54,953 nucleotides of DNA. It comes from an uncultured Candidatus Saccharibacteria bacterium (GTDB taxonomy: Bacteria; Patescibacteriota; Minisyncoccia; Phycocordibacterales; UBA6899). The position numbers and the translations under genes were made by a program. Location of the stretch: NCBI GenBank assembly GCA_964622275.1, contig CAZUMX010000002.1:3247-58199 (forward strand), in the 5' to 3' direction. Shown here one piece after another: positions 8,996-18,897 of the stretch. A model generated the notes under the pieces. That model was not told where the DNA came from, did no database searches, and was given only the letters and a program-made list of their open reading frames with translations. How positions within the stretch are numbered: the stretch's first letter is position 1; each line of letters opens with the position of its first letter.

Positions 8996-11491
8996 ATGAG
9001 CATTGGTTATCAAGATGTTGCACAAAAAAGTCTCGCAGAGCTATACACCATATATTCCTCAAAGAGAGAAGGATTATCACCAGATGATGTCATCAATCGA
9101 CTAAAGCGCCTTCCAAAAGAACACAAGAATATTATCCCAATATGGCTCCCCATTCTCTTGCGTCAGTTTCGATCTGCGTTCGTGTACTTACTCATTGGTG
9201 CTGCTGGAATCTCCGTATTTCTCGGTGAATATGTTGATGCTGGGCTCATCCTCCTGTTTCTTTTTTTGAATACTGCGTTAGGATTTTTCCAAGAGTTTCG
9301 TGCAGAACGAGCACTGGGTTCGCTTAACACATTGTTGGTTCGCAAAACGACCGTACGAAGAGAGAACAAGCTTATACAGATTGTCACCCCAGAAGTTGTT
9401 TCTGGTGATATTGTTGTCCTTTCTGCTGGAGACATGATTCCCGCTGATGGACGATTTATTCGCGCAGAACATGTCCTTATTGATGAGTCTCCATTAACTG
9501 GAGAGAGTGCTCCGGTTTCAAAACACACCGAAAGTCTCAAAGAAGCTCCACAAGGGTATGATGAGGCAGGAAATATTGGATTTGCTCGCACGACACTGGT
9601 AGAGGGTGATGCGGAACTGCTTGTCACAAGCACTGGAAGAGATACCGCAGTGGGAGAGGTTGTATCTGAGATAGATAACACACGACGGGGGAGCGCTTTT
9701 GAGGAAGGGATGAACAAGCTGTCACTCTCTATCCTGCGTATGGTCGTCATGATGATTCCAATCCTCTTTGTGCTTAATCTGATTGTTCACAAAAGCGATT
9801 TTCGCATTCCTGAATTTCTCGTCTTTGTCATTGCCCTTACTATTAGCGCCATACCTGAGGCGCTCCCACTCGTCACAACGCTCGCACTGTCTCGTGGTGC
9901 GCTTGCTCTGTCTAAAAAATCCGTCATTCCAAGACGCCTCTCTGCAGTCGAAGATCTTGGGAGTGTTCAGGTCCTTTGCACAGATAAGACTGGAACGATT
10001 ACCGAAAATCGGCTTACCATTAAAGCTATCTATGGTGAAGAAGACCAAGTTATTGAGGCGCTCTTGTGGGATCCACGTACAACTGAAGCTGAAGGGCAAC
10101 TGAATGTCTTTGATCGCGCCATTCTTGAAAAAGGGGAACGCCACACTCTTTCCTCAACAGTCCAGAGAATAGATGAACTTCCGTTTGACCCTGATCGTCG
10201 GCGTGAGAGTGTCCTCCTTGAGGATAAAGACAAAGCATTTCTTGTCATTCGTGGTGGTCCAGAATATCTCAAAGCACGAGGGGTTGATGACCGCGCACTC
10301 GAATGGGCAAAAGAAAAAGGGAAGGAAGGATGCCGCATCCTTGCTGTGGGCATAAAGGAGGTTCCTGTGGGCCAAAAAGAGATCTCGGCAGAGTTAGAAG
10401 AAGGTGCTCGTTTTGTTGGTATGGCTGCGTTTTTTGACCCGCTGAAACCTTCAACAAGGAAAGCTGTAGAGCACGCAAAAGAATTGGGAGTCCGGGTCAA
10501 GATTATTACAGGGGATAGTCGTGAAGTTGCAGGATGGGTGGGGTATGAAGCGGGGATTATCGCCCATTCAGAGAAAGTGTTGACGGGGCAAGAGTTTCTC
10601 GCATTGTCAGAGGGGGAGCGACGGAAAGCTGTACTCGAATATGATGTCTTTGCACGCACAGCCCCGATAGAAAAAAAAGAAATTCTTTCGTACCTGAAAG
10701 AGCAGTTTATCGTAGGATTTCTCGGTGAGGGATTTAATGACGCTCCTGCACTCAAGTTGGCGCATGTGGGGCTCGTTGTCGAAAATGCGTCTGATATTGC
10801 TCGTGACACCGCAGATGTAGTCCTCATGAACAAATCTCTCGATGTTATCGTCGATGGCGTGCGTGAAGGGAGAGTGATCTTTGCAAACACGATGAAATAT
10901 ATTCGTGCGACACTCACATCAAACTTCGGGAATTTTTACGCACTTGCTTTTTCGACGCTGTTTGTCCCGTACCTTCCCATGCTTCCTATTCAGATTCTTC
11001 TCCTCAATCTCCTCTCTGATTTTCCAATGATCACCATTGCGACTGATACCGTTGATACTGAAGAGGTCCGTAAGCCAAAGCAGTACGAATTACGGGAGCT
11101 TATGAGACTCGCACTCCTTCTCGGGGTTATTTCGACGGTATTTGATTTTCTCTTTTTCTTCGTGTTTCGGGGCTATGGAGAGTCATACCTTCAGACGCTC
11201 TGGTTTATGGGGAGTATCCTTACTGAGCTCATTCTACTTTTTTCGATCCGTACAATGCGTCCGTTTTGGAAGGCATCTCGCCCACACGTGATTGTTACCG
11301 GGTTTACAGGCGTTGTGGCTCTTGTGACTGTCTTGTTGCCATTCACACATGTTGGGCAAAAGATCTTCCATTTTGTTCCCCCAGGCCCTCATCTTTTCGG
11401 TTTAATGATCGGGATCGTTCTCTGCTACTTTCTTGTTACTGAAGCAGGGAAGCTCCTCATCATACGATTTTCACCGCCCAAGCATTCATAA
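8996..11491 (+). CDS. Cation-transporting P-type ATPase (MgtA/Ca2+-ATPase-like)
   Basis: The motifs are LTGESAPV (TGES), CTDKTGTITENRL (DKTGT phosphorylation site), ITGDSREVA (TGD) and GEGFNDAPALKLAHVG (GDGxND variant). Multiple TM helices are present. Confidence 0.9.
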   Translation: MSIGYQDVAQKSLAELYTIYSSKREGLSPDDVINRLKRLPKEHKNIIPIWLPILLRQFRSAFVYLLIGAAGISVFLGEYVDAGLILLFLFLNTALGFFQEFRAERALGSLNTLLVRKTTVRRENKLIQIVTPEVVSGDIVVLSAGDMIPADGRFIRAEHVLIDESPLTGESAPVSKHTESLKEAPQGYDEAGNIGFARTTLVEGDAELLVTSTGRDTAVGEVVSEIDNTRRGSAFEEGMNKLSLSILRMVVMMIPILFVLNLIVHKSDFRIPEFLVFVIALTISAIPEALPLVTTLALSRGALALSKKSVIPRRLSAVEDLGSVQVLCTDKTGTITENRLTIKAIYGEEDQVIEALLWDPRTTEAEGQLNVFDRAILEKGERHTLSSTVQRIDELPFDPDRRRESVLLEDKDKAFLVIRGGPEYLKARGVDDRALEWAKEKGKEGCRILAVGIKEVPVGQKEISAELEEGARFVGMAAFFDPLKPSTRKAVEHAKELGVRVKIITGDSREVAGWVGYEAGIIAHSEKVLTGQEFLALSEGERRKAVLEYDVFARTAPIEKKEILSYLKEQFIVGFLGEGFNDAPALKLAHVGLVVENASDIARDTADVVLMNKSLDVIVDGVREGRVIFANTMKYIRATLTSNFGNFYALAFSTLFVPYLPMLPIQILLLNLLSDFPMITIATDTVDTEEVRKPKQYELRELMRLALLLGVISTVFDFLFFFVFRGYGESYLQTLWFMGSILTELILLFSIRTMRPFWKASRPHVIVTGFTGVVALVTVLLPFTHVGQKIFHFVPPGPHLFGLMIGIVLCYFLVTEAGKLLIIRFSPPKHS

Positions 11492-11504
11492 TAGCTTAGT
11501 GTAC

Positions 11505-12344
11505 TCATTGACCTAAGCCTCGTCTTGGATCATGGGCAGACTTTGTGTTAAGGGATGAAGAAATGTCTCTAGGAATCTTTATTGCCCGTAATGTAAGAAA
11601 GAGTGGGAATTCCTTGCGAGCGGTGTTTTCAGCCTTCGCCCGAGTCCCAACGCTTGTTCGATGGCTTGTCCACTCCTCAACTCGGTCAATAAGAAGACCT
11701 TGTTTGGTAAGGTGCTTCACATACCATTGGAGAGGCCGATGGAACGAAATTGTTGTTGGAGAGTTGGCTACACCTGGATGCATGGCAATTTCTTCTTGTG
11801 ATTCTGAGAGATACGCATCGATTCTTCTATATTGTATGTGTCTGTCGGTGTCATATTGCCAGGAACTGCGTTTGGGAATACGAAAGGCAGGATGATTGAG
11901 TACCATAGTAAACATCCCCCCTGTCTTCAGGACGCGAGCAACTTCTGAAAAGACTGAATCTGCACGAGCAATGTTTTGAATCGCAAGGGAAATAAGAACA
12001 TGGTCAATTGTCTGATCTTTTATGAAGTCGAGCTCGTCTGCGGGAGAAACAACAAAGGTGGCTTTCGGCACTCGGGTTTTTGCTTTAGCAATGAGCTCTG
12101 GTGATATATCAACCCCTATTACCTGAGCTTTGTTGCTCAAATGTTCAGCAAAAAACCCTTGACCACAAGCCAAATCAAGAATATGCATTTCTGCCTTCGG
12201 TTCAATAAGACGAATGAGGTTGGGAAGAAGAACTTTGCTGTGGTATGTATCTGGCCCCGAGAGGTGCTCGTTATACCATTCGTGTACTGGACCCCACGAG
12301 GTCTGTGTGTCCTTATGTTTTGGGTGTTTCTCCCTCTTGTTCAT
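11505..12344 (-). CDS. Class I SAM-dependent methyltransferase
   Basis: Motif I is ILDLACGQGFF. I prefer the start at M32 of the track ORF (MNKREK, nt 12344), because the longer version overlaps the divergent neighbour. Confidence 0.7.
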   Translation of the reverse strand: MNKREKHPKHKDTQTSWGPVHEWYNEHLSGPDTYHSKVLLPNLIRLIEPKAEMHILDLACGQGFFAEHLSNKAQVIGVDISPELIAKAKTRVPKATFVVSPADELDFIKDQTIDHVLISLAIQNIARADSVFSEVARVLKTGGMFTMVLNHPAFRIPKRSSWQYDTDRHIQYRRIDAYLSESQEEIAMHPGVANSPTTISFHRPLQWYVKHLTKQGLLIDRVEEWTSHRTSVGTRAKAENTARKEFPLFLTLRAIKIPRDISSSLNTKSAHDPRRGLGQ

Positions 12345-12405
12345 ATGTAATGGCATTGTACAATATATATGGCTTTTTGCCCCACTCTTCATATCTTTAG
12401 ACGAC

Positions 12406-13395
12406 ATGGATGTCTCGTTACAGAAAAAAATTGGCATAGCTTTTTTATTGATCCTCGGAATGACCGGAGTATGGTGGTGGGGAGTGTATTCAGAGCGAAA
12501 CTCAGAATTATCTCATCACCAGTTTACTCAATGTCATCGAACCTACAACCTACTAGATAAGTCTCTTGATTGTGAACGTGTTGATGATGTTGCTACGCAA
12601 ATCTCTGGCCTTGAACAGCATGTCTCAGAGATTATTGAGAAAAAGAAAAAAGAAAAATTGGTCAGTAGGGTAGGTGTTTTTTACCGTGACCTTACTACTC
12701 GGCGGTGGTTTGGGATTAACGCTGACGCAGAATTCTATCCTGCCAGCCTTGCGAAGCTTCCGCTCGGCATCACATACTTTAAGGTTGCTGATCTTGAACC
12801 TCAAGTCCTTGATCAAGTTCTTCCACTTACGATACAAAAAGAATACACAAACGAAGGTCAAAAAGTCAGCGTGGACAGCCCAATGGTTCCAGGACAGAGT
12901 TATTCCGTTCGTCGCATGATAGAAGACTTACTCGAATACTCTGATAATCGACCCATCGGACCACTCCTTAGTTTTATGCGCCAAGATGTGTGGAAGAAGG
13001 TGTATGCGGACTTTGGTATTCGTAAACAAAAAGATAATGGGGAAGAAGAATGGTCGGTGACACCTCGAGTGATCTCAAACGTCCTACGTTCACTCTATAA
13101 CGGATCGTATTTGGATTTAGGATCATCCCAAGAACTCCTTGAGATCATGACCCGGGCACGGTATTCGCGAGGAATTGTCGCAGGGGTAGACCACGATGTT
13201 CTTGTTGCGCATAAGTTTGGTGAAGCGACCATGGTGGAGGCAGATGGTTCGTATACCCCAACCCTCCATGACTGTGGGATTGTCTATAAGCCTGATGCGC
13301 CGTATATCCTTTGCGTTATGACGGAAGGAAAAGACTTTGCTCAACTTGAGTTCGCTATTGCTGAAATATCCAAAGTGGTGTTTGATGCCCAGTAA
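12406..13395 (+). CDS. Class A beta-lactamase-like serine hydrolase with N-terminal membrane anchor
   Basis: The three active-site motifs are SxxK (ASLAK), SDN (EYSDNRP) and a KTG variant (HKFGE). I moved the start to MDVSLQKK (nt 12406), which precedes the TM segment IGIAFLLILGMTGVWWW. Confidence 0.65.
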   Translation: MDVSLQKKIGIAFLLILGMTGVWWWGVYSERNSELSHHQFTQCHRTYNLLDKSLDCERVDDVATQISGLEQHVSEIIEKKKKEKLVSRVGVFYRDLTTRRWFGINADAEFYPASLAKLPLGITYFKVADLEPQVLDQVLPLTIQKEYTNEGQKVSVDSPMVPGQSYSVRRMIEDLLEYSDNRPIGPLLSFMRQDVWKKVYADFGIRKQKDNGEEEWSVTPRVISNVLRSLYNGSYLDLGSSQELLEIMTRARYSRGIVAGVDHDVLVAHKFGEATMVEADGSYTPTLHDCGIVYKPDAPYILCVMTEGKDFAQLEFAIAEISKVVFDAQ

Positions 13396-13435
13396 CCATT
13401 GCTTTTTTGTAAAAATAGTGTAATATATTTATATG

Positions 13436-13460
13436 ACTCGCTGAGCGAGTTTTTCTATTT
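13436..13460 (+). terminator. Hairpin plus U-tract between the hydrolase gene and typA
   Basis: ACTCGC-tga-GCGAGT followed by TTTTCTATTT, ending 3 nt before the typA ATG. Confidence 0.45.
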
Positions 13461-13462
13461 AT

Positions 13463-15277
13463 ATGGAGATCCGAAACATCGCGATTATTGCTCATGTCGA
13501 CCACGGCAAGACGACATTAACTGACGCTATTATGCGTCAAACTGGGGCATTTCAAGAGGGGATGAGTATGGACCAAAATACACTCGAAAAGGAACGAGGC
13601 ATTACTATCTATGCAAAAAATTCCTCTATTCAGTACAAAGGGACCAAAATCAATATCGTGGACACCCCAGGGCACGCTGACTTTGGAAGTGAGGTCGAAC
13701 GCGTGCTTCGCTCCATCGATAATGTGCTCCTGATCGTCGATGCTCAGGAGGGGCCGATGCCACAGACACGGTTTGTCCTCAAAAAAGCTCTGGAGATTGG
13801 AATGAAGCCAATTGTTGTCCTCAACAAGATCGATAAACCCGCAGCAGACCCTCATCGCGCGGAGCATGAAGTTCTTGATCTGTTTATAGAGCTTGGCGCA
13901 AATGAAGAGCAGTGTGAGTTCACCACCGTGTACGCCATTGGACGTGAGGGGGTCGCAAAACGAAAGCTCGAGGATGAAAGCAAGGACATCACCCCGCTTC
14001 TCGACGTCATTCTCGAGAAGGTCCCTCCAGCACCACATGACGCAGACGCACCGCTCCGCGCACAGCCATTTAACCTTGCGTACGATAACTTTTTGGGTCG
14101 TATGGCTATTTGTCGTGTATACGAAGGCAAAGTGTCACAAGGCCAAACACTCTGGGTAAAAAAACAGAATGGATCGAAATCCCAAGCAAAAATTACCAAA
14201 GCATTTACCTTTGAAGGTATTTCTCGCAAAGAAACACAAAGCGCAGAAGCAGGAGACATCGTTATGCTTGCTGGGATGCCTGATATCTATATCGGAGATA
14301 CAATTTCGAGCACTGAGGATGGAGAACTCCTTCCGGCGATTCATGTTGACGAGCCCACTATTGTTCTTGATTTTCTTGTGAACAATTCTCCGTTTGCGGG
14401 GAAAGAAGGAAAGCTCGTGACGAGTCGACAGATCAGAGAACGTCTCGAAAGAGAGCTTGAGGTGAACGTTGGACTTCATGTTGATCTTGAATCAAGTGCG
14501 GGAGATCGTTTTCGTGTCTCTGGGCGAGGGGAGCTTCATATCGCCATTCTCCTTGAGAGCATGCGACGTGAGGGATATGAAGTTCAGGTGTCACAGCCTC
14601 ATGTCATCATCAAGGAAATTGACGGTGTAAAACATGAGCCATTTGAGGAGGTCACTATTGATGTAAAACCCGAATATCAGGGAGCAGTGATTCAGCGTCT
14701 CGGTGAGCGCGCTTGTATTATGTCCAATATGATCACCCACGAAGGGTCTGTGCGTGTTATTTTTGAAGGACCAACACGAGGCCTCCTTGGATACCGTGGA
14801 CAGTTTATTATTGATACAAAGGGAGAGGGGATCTTTGCCTCCCGAGTCATTGGATTTAAGCCTTACGCTGGTGAAATCGCAAAACGAGCCACAGGATCAA
14901 TGATCTCCATGGAGACCGGGAAAGCACTGGCTTTTGCTCTTTGGAACCTCCAGGAACGCGGTGAGCTTTATATTGGGCCAACGACCGAGGTCTATGAGGG
15001 TATGGTGGTCGGAAATACTTCGAAGGGGGACGAAATGGTTGTCAATCCTTGTAAGGCGAAAGCACTCTCAAACGTCCGAGCATCAGGGAGCGATGAAGCC
15101 ATTGTCCTTATTCCACATCATCCAATTACGATTGAATCAGGACTTGAAATCATGGAAGATGACGAATATTTGGAGATCACTCCAAAGTCTGTCCGCCTTC
15201 GAAAAAAATACCTATCTCAAAGTGATCGTGATAAGGCCAAGCGCACCACCGTCAAGGCCGGTGATAAACCTCTCTAG
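13463..15277 (+). CDS. typA: Translational GTPase TypA/BipA
   Basis: The N-terminus [17 protein letters not shown] (G1) with DTPGHADF (G3) and NKID (G4), together with the 604-aa length, is typical of BipA. Confidence 0.93.
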   Translation: MEIRNIAIIAHVDHGKTTLTDAIMRQTGAFQEGMSMDQNTLEKERGITIYAKNSSIQYKGTKINIVDTPGHADFGSEVERVLRSIDNVLLIVDAQEGPMPQTRFVLKKALEIGMKPIVVLNKIDKPAADPHRAEHEVLDLFIELGANEEQCEFTTVYAIGREGVAKRKLEDESKDITPLLDVILEKVPPAPHDADAPLRAQPFNLAYDNFLGRMAICRVYEGKVSQGQTLWVKKQNGSKSQAKITKAFTFEGISRKETQSAEAGDIVMLAGMPDIYIGDTISSTEDGELLPAIHVDEPTIVLDFLVNNSPFAGKEGKLVTSRQIRERLERELEVNVGLHVDLESSAGDRFRVSGRGELHIAILLESMRREGYEVQVSQPHVIIKEIDGVKHEPFEEVTIDVKPEYQGAVIQRLGERACIMSNMITHEGSVRVIFEGPTRGLLGYRGQFIIDTKGEGIFASRVIGFKPYAGEIAKRATGSMISMETGKALAFALWNLQERGELYIGPTTEVYEGMVVGNTSKGDEMVVNPCKAKALSNVRASGSDEAIVLIPHHPITIESGLEIMEDDEYLEITPKSVRLRKKYLSQSDRDKAKRTTVKAGDKPL

Positions 15278-15352
15278 GTTTCTTAAACACACTCCATCCT
15301 TGTTGTTGTGGAGCTTCAATATTTTCTCACAGTATAAGCATACGCCAATGAT

Positions 15353-16069
15353 ATGAGGCTTGATAAATATCTCGTTGAACAAAAATTTTTTTCTTCCCGT
15401 GCTCGAGCCAAAGAGGCAATTGAACGAGGAGATATTCTGGTGAATGGGGTCCCTCATATGAATCCTGATTTTGATGTTCATGATGGAATTCATGTGGAAG
15501 CTCAAAGTGCATTTCCTTGGGTTTCTCGTGGAGCATTAAAGCTTATCGCCGCACTGGATGCATTTGGTGTCGATCCCGCTGGTCTCAGTGTTCTGGACCT
15601 CGGTGCGTCCACGGGGGGATTTACAGAGGTTTTGCTTTCACGCGGGGCAGCAAAAGTCTATGCAGTAGATGTTGGCCACGAACAGCTCCACTCACGTCTG
15701 CGTGGCGATCCGCGTGTTGTCTGCATGGAAGGAACTGATGTGCGACAACTTGTGCCAAATCATTTTCCTCTGCAGTTTCAACTTATTGTTGGAGACCTTT
15801 CGTTTATCTCTCTCACAAAAGTTCTCCCAACAATTCATACGCTTATGTCTCAAGGCGGGTCTGCTCTTTTGCTGGTTAAACCACAATTTGAAGTGGGTGT
15901 TGGAGGAACAAAAAAGGGCATTGTGAAAGATGAAAACAAGAGAAAAGAGGTATTACATAGGATTGAGAGAGATGCTACCCAGCTCGGGTTTGTGTTTCTT
16001 GAAGGTATAGAATCTCCAGTCCAAGGGGGGAGTGGAAACGTCGAATACCTCATTCATCTCCGGGCATAA
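15353..16069 (+). CDS. tlyA: TlyA-family rRNA 2'-O-methyltransferase (S4 + FtsJ-like domains)
   Basis: It has the MRLDKYLV...SRARAKEAIERGDILVNG S4 motif and the LDLGASTGGFTEVLL SAM-binding motif. Confidence 0.85.
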   Translation: MRLDKYLVEQKFFSSRARAKEAIERGDILVNGVPHMNPDFDVHDGIHVEAQSAFPWVSRGALKLIAALDAFGVDPAGLSVLDLGASTGGFTEVLLSRGAAKVYAVDVGHEQLHSRLRGDPRVVCMEGTDVRQLVPNHFPLQFQLIVGDLSFISLTKVLPTIHTLMSQGGSALLLVKPQFEVGVGGTKKGIVKDENKRKEVLHRIERDATQLGFVFLEGIESPVQGGSGNVEYLIHLRA

Positions 16070-16109
16070 TCTTCTCACGTTTTTATGCTGATCGTGGTAG
16101 ACTAGTTCC

Positions 16110-17036
16110 ATGATTTCGTACTATCAGAAGACTGTATCATCGAAGACGCTCAAACAAATTCCGGACTTTAAGGTTGGTTCTTGGGTTTCTGTCGATCGAC
16201 CAAACGAAGAAGAGATTCTTCATCTTGTTGGAACACTTGGCCTTGACGAAGGGCTCCTACGGGACTCCTTGGATCCTTACGAGGTTCCGCGTGTAGAAAA
16301 TGACGGCAAGACAGCATATATCTTTACTCGATACCCATTCCTTGAAGAGGGGAAAGTGGTGACACTCCCTGTTCTTATTGGTATTGCAGAAGGATTTGTG
16401 TTCACTGTGGTCCAACGGCCCTTCCCATTCCTAGACAAGTTTGTTGAAGGGAAAATTGAGTTTAATACAACACAAAAGATCCGCTTTCTTCTGCAAATCT
16501 TCCAGGAGATTAATAGCACATATTCAACGATGCTCACGTTAGTATCTAAGGAGGTGCGTCGGCATCAATCGAATCTCGGTAAGGATATTACCAATGAAGA
16601 CATTGTCAGCTTTGTGGAATTTGAGAATGTCCTCTCAGACCTTCTTGATGCTCTCGGCCCGACAAAAACAACCCTTGAGAATATTCTTTCTGGAAAATTA
16701 CTCACGCTATATGAAAAAGATAAAGCGTATGCAGATGACTTGGTGCTCGAGACCGGGCAACTCCTCGATCGCACTCGCGCATTGCTACGTACCGTACAGA
16801 GCATTCGTAGTGCGTATTCGACTATCATGACAAATAATCTTAACCGCGTCATTAAATTCCTTACAGGAATGACGATAGTCGTGACTGTTCCAGGTATTGT
16901 CGTAAATATTTTTGGAATGAATGTCAGACTCCCGATAGAATCTGAACATGCTGTTGCATTCTGGTTTGTTATTGCACTCACTATTGTCTTAACGATTTTT
17001 GCTGTTTGGTTCTTTAGAAAGAAAGGTTGGATTTAG
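16110..17036 (+). CDS. corA: CorA-family magnesium transporter
   Basis: The GMN signature (IFGMNV) sits between two C-terminal TM helices, and the protein is 308 aa. Confidence 0.85.
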   Translation: MISYYQKTVSSKTLKQIPDFKVGSWVSVDRPNEEEILHLVGTLGLDEGLLRDSLDPYEVPRVENDGKTAYIFTRYPFLEEGKVVTLPVLIGIAEGFVFTVVQRPFPFLDKFVEGKIEFNTTQKIRFLLQIFQEINSTYSTMLTLVSKEVRRHQSNLGKDITNEDIVSFVEFENVLSDLLDALGPTKTTLENILSGKLLTLYEKDKAYADDLVLETGQLLDRTRALLRTVQSIRSAYSTIMTNNLNRVIKFLTGMTIVVTVPGIVVNIFGMNVRLPIESEHAVAFWFVIALTIVLTIFAVWFFRKKGWI

Positions 17037-17068
17037 GAAGAGCGCTAGTGCAATGCGTCCTATCTGCG

Positions 17069-17090
17069 CCTCACTTGTTGTGAGGGTTTT
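17069..17090 (+). terminator. Rho-independent terminator after corA
   Basis: CCTCAC-ttgtt-GTGAGG followed by GTTTT. Confidence 0.5.
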
Positions 17091-17143
17091 CCATCCAAGA
17101 CAGCATGTATGTATTCTGAAATTCGAGTCTGTCCAAAGAGCGC

Positions 17144-17851
17144 CTAGCACCGGACGGGGGTTGATTTTACAATACTCACAATTTCATCGTGATCGTCGAG
17201 GATGCGGTAAATGGTAAGATCTTCTTCTTCGACAGTTCCATGCCGAAGGAGTAGGTGTTCACGAATGTATGTGTCGAGTGGCGCCCAAAAATCCTTGCCT
17301 ACCAAAATAATAGGGACTTGGCGGATTTTTTTTGTTTGTACAAGGGTAAGAATTTCAAAGAGTTCATCAAGCGTCCCGAATCCTCCTGGAAAGAACAAAT
17401 ATGCCTCTGACGAAAAAGACATCGTCGCCTTGCGAGTAAAGAAATAAAAGAACTCCATTGATTCTGTTGTGTAGGGGTTTGTGACTTGTTCGTGCGGGAG
17501 TTTAATATTCAGTCCCAACGAAATACCTCCTGATTCTTTTGCCCCACGATTTGCTGCTTCCATAATGCCGGGGCCACCTCCGGTCACAATGGCGTACCCC
17601 TCATAGGCAAGCTTTCCCGCTAGGGTGCGGGCATCCTTATAATGGGGGTTTTCCTCTGTGAAGCGGGCAGACCCATAGCATGTTACGGATTGAGGATACT
17701 TTCGGATGAACTGCATCCCTTTATCGATCTCTTCTTCAATGGTCCGCAGTCGGTTTGAGCGCTTTCGGAGATCCGCTTCTATTTCTTCGCGTGTGAGTGG
17801 AATACAGACCAGCTTTTGTTCTGGAGCCACGTGTGGATGTCTTTTTTGCAT
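17144..17851 (-). CDS. LOG-family (TIGR00730) nucleotide phosphoribohydrolase
   Basis: It carries the GGGPGIMEAANRGA and PGGFGTLDELFE motifs. Confidence 0.85.
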   Translation of the reverse strand: MQKRHPHVAPEQKLVCIPLTREEIEADLRKRSNRLRTIEEEIDKGMQFIRKYPQSVTCYGSARFTEENPHYKDARTLAGKLAYEGYAIVTGGGPGIMEAANRGAKESGGISLGLNIKLPHEQVTNPYTTESMEFFYFFTRKATMSFSSEAYLFFPGGFGTLDELFEILTLVQTKKIRQVPIILVGKDFWAPLDTYIREHLLLRHGTVEEEDLTIYRILDDHDEIVSIVKSTPVRC

Positions 17852-17902
17852 AAAAAATAGTATATCACGTCAGTAGACCCTCCATGGTATACTTGGGGAG
17901 AA

Positions 17903-18895
17903 ATGACACGTTTTATTTTATGGCTCAGTGTCATCCTTGCAGGGGTCGGTGCGACGATCGTAGCGGTTGTTCAGGATGCACATAGCTGGGTCGAGCGACT
18001 CGATGATCCAAATACTTTCGTCGTTGTTGCGACACAAACCAAGCCTCTTCTTTTGGAAGAAGACACGCATCTTGCTACAAAAAATCCATCGTCGAGTAAA
18101 ACAGAAGTAGTCACAAAGGTGACACCAGTCGACACCACACAAAAGAAGGCACCAAGTCTTCCTGTGGTCCAAAAGCCGCAATCTCCAGCCCCAAAGGACA
18201 CGCAAGCTCCGGTTGTTTCTGCTTCTGGTCCACAAGGTGTTGGAAAAATCAATGAGAAAACAATTATTGACCTAACAAATGTTGAGCGTGTGCGAGATGG
18301 TCAAACGGTCCTTGTTTGGAATAATAAACTTTCGGAAATGGCATATATCAAAGCCAAAGACATGCTCGATAAGCAATACTTTGCGCACGAATCGCCAGAT
18401 GGCCGTAACGTTGTCGGGCTTGCGAACGGGGTTGGGTACATGTATCGATATGTGGGAGAGAATCTTGCTGTGGGAAATTTTCGCACAAATGATGAATTAA
18501 TTGCTGGGTGGATGGGAAGTCCGGGTCACCGAGAAAATATACTGAAGCCCGAGTACACTGAAATGGGGGCAGCAGGAATCGAGGGAATCTATGAGGGAGA
18601 GAGAGTTTGGATGGCGGTCCAAGAATTTGGAACACCGATGCCTCAGTGCGAAAAACCAGATATAGCGCAGAAAACATATATCGATTCGATCGAAGAGCAG
18701 CTCAAAGCCCTAGAAGAAGGCATTCTTCTTGCTGAGAAAGTAGCTACGGAGACACAAGGAGAAGCTCGGAGACAAAAGATTGATGATTACAATGCGCTTG
18801 TCGCAACCTATAATAATCTTGTTGCAGAGGTTAAAGCACTTATCGTTACCTACAACAACAGTGTGCGTGTGTACAATGACTGTATTGAATCCTAG
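17903..18895 (+). CDS. Membrane-anchored CAP/SCP (YkwD-like) domain protein
   Basis: An N-terminal TM helix and a Pro/Lys-rich linker are followed by the CAP motifs GENLAVG and GWMGSPGHRENIL. Confidence 0.8.
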   Translation: MTRFILWLSVILAGVGATIVAVVQDAHSWVERLDDPNTFVVVATQTKPLLLEEDTHLATKNPSSSKTEVVTKVTPVDTTQKKAPSLPVVQKPQSPAPKDTQAPVVSASGPQGVGKINEKTIIDLTNVERVRDGQTVLVWNNKLSEMAYIKAKDMLDKQYFAHESPDGRNVVGLANGVGYMYRYVGENLAVGNFRTNDELIAGWMGSPGHRENILKPEYTEMGAAGIEGIYEGERVWMAVQEFGTPMPQCEKPDIAQKTYIDSIEEQLKALEEGILLAEKVATETQGEARRQKIDDYNALVATYNNLVAEVKALIVTYNNSVRVYNDCIES

Positions 18896-18897
18896 TT

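Noticed and set aside
10030-10917. 295-aa ORF antisense to the P-type ATPase
   Set aside because: It overlaps the region carrying the ATPase TGD/GDGxND motifs. Its Ser/Arg-rich translation is typical of an antisense artefact.
12214-12437. Long N-terminal extensions given by the ORF track for several genes. Examples: 12214 and 12437 for the divergent pair, 34513, 35250, 35978 and 36303 for the pilins, and 45537, 45974, 46353, 46287, 46738 and 48659.
   Set aside because: The extensions overlap the neighbouring genes and precede obvious signal peptides or conserved N-termini. Internal ATGs that abut the upstream stop codons give non-overlapping, family-typical proteins.
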